Below, piece after piece: positions 61,550 to 64,000 of a DNA stretch of 64,000 nt. Every line of letters starts with the position of its first letter. The first letter of the stretch is position 1. Below the pieces are notes generated by a model. The model saw only the letters and a list, made by a program, of their open reading frames with translations, was not told the DNA's origin and made no database searches. The position numbers and the translations under genes were made by a program. Location of the stretch: positions 270,320,001-270,384,000 of the forward strand of contig OZ024741.1 in NCBI GenBank assembly GCA_964016885.1. The letters run 5' to 3'. The stretch is from Eledone cirrhosa (taxonomy: Eukaryota).

Positions 61550-64000
61550 GATCCTATATATTTTCAACACCACAAATTTCTCTTCCATGTTTAGTTACCA
61601 TATCAGTAAAACTGAACCACTGATTGCTGGTTTCCTTGAAGTCCAGAGTCAGTCAAGTTTTCTTTATTGTTTATTTCTGTAAGGCTGATTTCTGTGATCT
61701 GGCTGGCTAGCTGTCAGGTGTCTCTGCTCTTTCTTTTTTTTTTTTTTTTTTTTTTAAACATTACATCTTGCCACGAGATCATAAAGCGACAACTTCCCAA
61801 TAAATCTTTGATTGAGAGGCAATACACCATTTTAGTCATTGTTTTAAGCACTACATTTTTTCACAACAGATAAAAAATATTATTATTATTGTCAGGATTT
61901 TTTTGGTGAATTTTTTTTTTTTTTTAATAAAAATATCTTGCAGCTGTATCTCATGTTTTTGTTGGTTTTTTTTTTCTGATTTTTAAATTAGTGGTTTTTC
62001 TCCTTTCAGCAGTTGTCATCCATTTCTTTAACCCTTGAGCATTTATATTACTCTATATTTACTATTGTATTTTCACGGTAAAGGCTTTACTTCACATAAT
62101 ATCTCGCATAGCATTTACATTATATATTGTATTCTCAGAGTAAAGGCTTTATCTCACATAATACGAAGCTACGAGATTTTGATGTTGTTTATTTTGAGAA
62201 CAATACCTTAACATTGGTATGGTATGAGTTGCTGATTACGGTTGGTTTGAACAGAAAGAGTTGAGAGAATTCTGACCAGATATGGCCGGTTTAAATGCTA
62301 AAGGGTTAAATATTGTGACTAGTTTGACAAACTCCTATGAATTTCAGGACATTTCAGTGACATGGCTTGGAATCTGCAAAAAGCACCCCAAGGACCAGAT
62401 GATAGATTTAAAAAATTGATTTGACAAATTCCTCTTGTGAATTTCAGGTAACCAAGACTATCACTGCAGTTGAATACATCAAACTCTTCTAGGAACTTTC
62501 CTCTTGATATTTATTTTTCCTTTACTATTTAGTAGTAAAGAAAGGCAGCACCTATGATCCTTTATTTTTTTAAGGCCTCCTAGACAGGTCAGATATCCCC
62601 TATACAGTGACTTGGGTTGGAATCTGCTAAAAGCATCCAAAGGACCAGGTAACAAATTAAGTCTTTTCTTCTTCACCCACTTCCTAAGAGGGTTGTTGGG
62701 ACAAAGACCTCAAACACTCCTTCCAGTGGGTCCTGTCAGAAGCAACCGTTTCCAACTGATCTGGCTGGATCCCCAAGCATGACCAGCCAACAAGCTCATG
62801 GATGTTATCCAACCATCTTGCTTTGGGTCTCCCGCCGGTCGGTTTTGATTGAACCAAAGAATCCTGTCGTCCAGCGCCACACCTAGCCTCTTTCGCCCAC
62901 AGCATTTAAACCGATTAAGTCATAAACCAAAAACTCAAAATGCAAAGAACCATGAATACCATAAAGCATCTTGTCAACAATTTTGCCTATCTTCTTTCTT
63001 GGACTAGTATTTTATTTTATTTAACCTCCAAAAGATAGAAAATAAGATTGACCTCAGCAGGATTTAAACTCAATGCAGAGAGGCAGAACCACTACCATGA
63101 GGTATTTTACCCTACATACTAACAACACTGCTAATGCAAAACCATCAACTTCCTCAGATTTCGTATTTCCCCCTCTCATATATCAACTGATTGGGTTTAA
63201 TCTATAGCCAATCTCCAGAGTCTTTGATCATATACAGAGAAGTTAACTAAACCTTTTTTTTTTTTTTTTTTTTATATTACAAAACTTAGGTAGGATCAAT
63301 GTTTATATTTTGTTTCCATAACATTAAGCAAATAAGAGATAAAATGCGCACCTGGATTGGCTGTTAGTCTACTATAAGTAGTTTATCTACAGGGAGAGTT
63401 GAATTCAATATTACAAACCATAATAAAATTTGAGGGTGCAAGTGTACTTGAGATTTCTCTCAATTTTTTTTTTTTTTTAATTGTTTTTTTTCTAGGATCT
63501 CCAAGACTATTGGACGGAAAGCATTGATCATCCACTAACCAGAAACTGGGTCTCAGTAATAACAACAAAGTGGACAATGGATTATCCACTGACCACACCT
63601 GGTCTCAGTAATAACAAAGTGACTCTACTAAAGACACTTGAAGGACAGTTTTTGTGTGCTAAGCCAAGCAATGGATTAAAGCCACCACTCATGAATAGGT
63701 ACAGTTCATCTAGTTCACTTCCACATAGTTTCCATGCATCAAATTTTACATGCAAGACTTAGTTTGGTCCAAGTCTATTGTAGAAGATACTTTCCCAATG
63801 TGCTGTGCAGAAGGATCAACGCCAATACAATATGGTGGAAACCTCTTAAGTACAATTGGCTGCTGTATTGTGAAGGCAGGTGGTCTAGTGGTAAAGGTGT
63901 TGGACTAACGATCATAATGTAGGTTCAATTCCTGGGGTGGGTTGTGTGTTGTGTTCTTGAGCAAAACACTTCATTTCACGTTGCTCCAGTATACTCAGTT

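Larger units (their letters stand above)
57027..61975 (+). promoter_or_regulatory. Probable long U-rich YPEL 3' UTR; candidate poly(A) signal AATAAA at about 61926 followed by a GU/U-rich element
   Basis: Many T-tracts on +, AATAAA at several sites (about 57196, 60074, 60180, 61926); the last is followed by tgtttttgttggttttttttt. The true 3' end cannot be fixed without RNA data. Confidence 0.4.

Overview
AT-rich, repeat-dense animal genomic DNA. The SINE/RTE repertoire suggests a cephalopod, probably Octopus (inference). One host gene is supported: a Yippee-like gene (YPEL1/2-type, 115 aa, + strand) with four coding exons at 31885-31989, 40286-40329, 45063-45171 and 56937-57026, uORFs in its leader and a probable long 3' UTR. 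The rest is mobile DNA: many RTE-clade LINE copies (one with a 793-aa open RT frame carrying a PHD finger), a GC-rich disrupted CRE-type retrotransposon, a Penelope-like GIY-YIG fragment, Helitrons, TTAA MITEs, two tRNA-derived SINE families and two satellites grown from RTE 3' UTRs. The main signal missed by the ORF track is a set of at least seven sequence-unrelated short repeats, mostly next to (TA)n. Each carries a type I hammerhead ribozyme fold (canonical, minimal and U.U-variant forms), and several share a second, covarying RNA stem motif. All structures were folded by eye and no searches were run.
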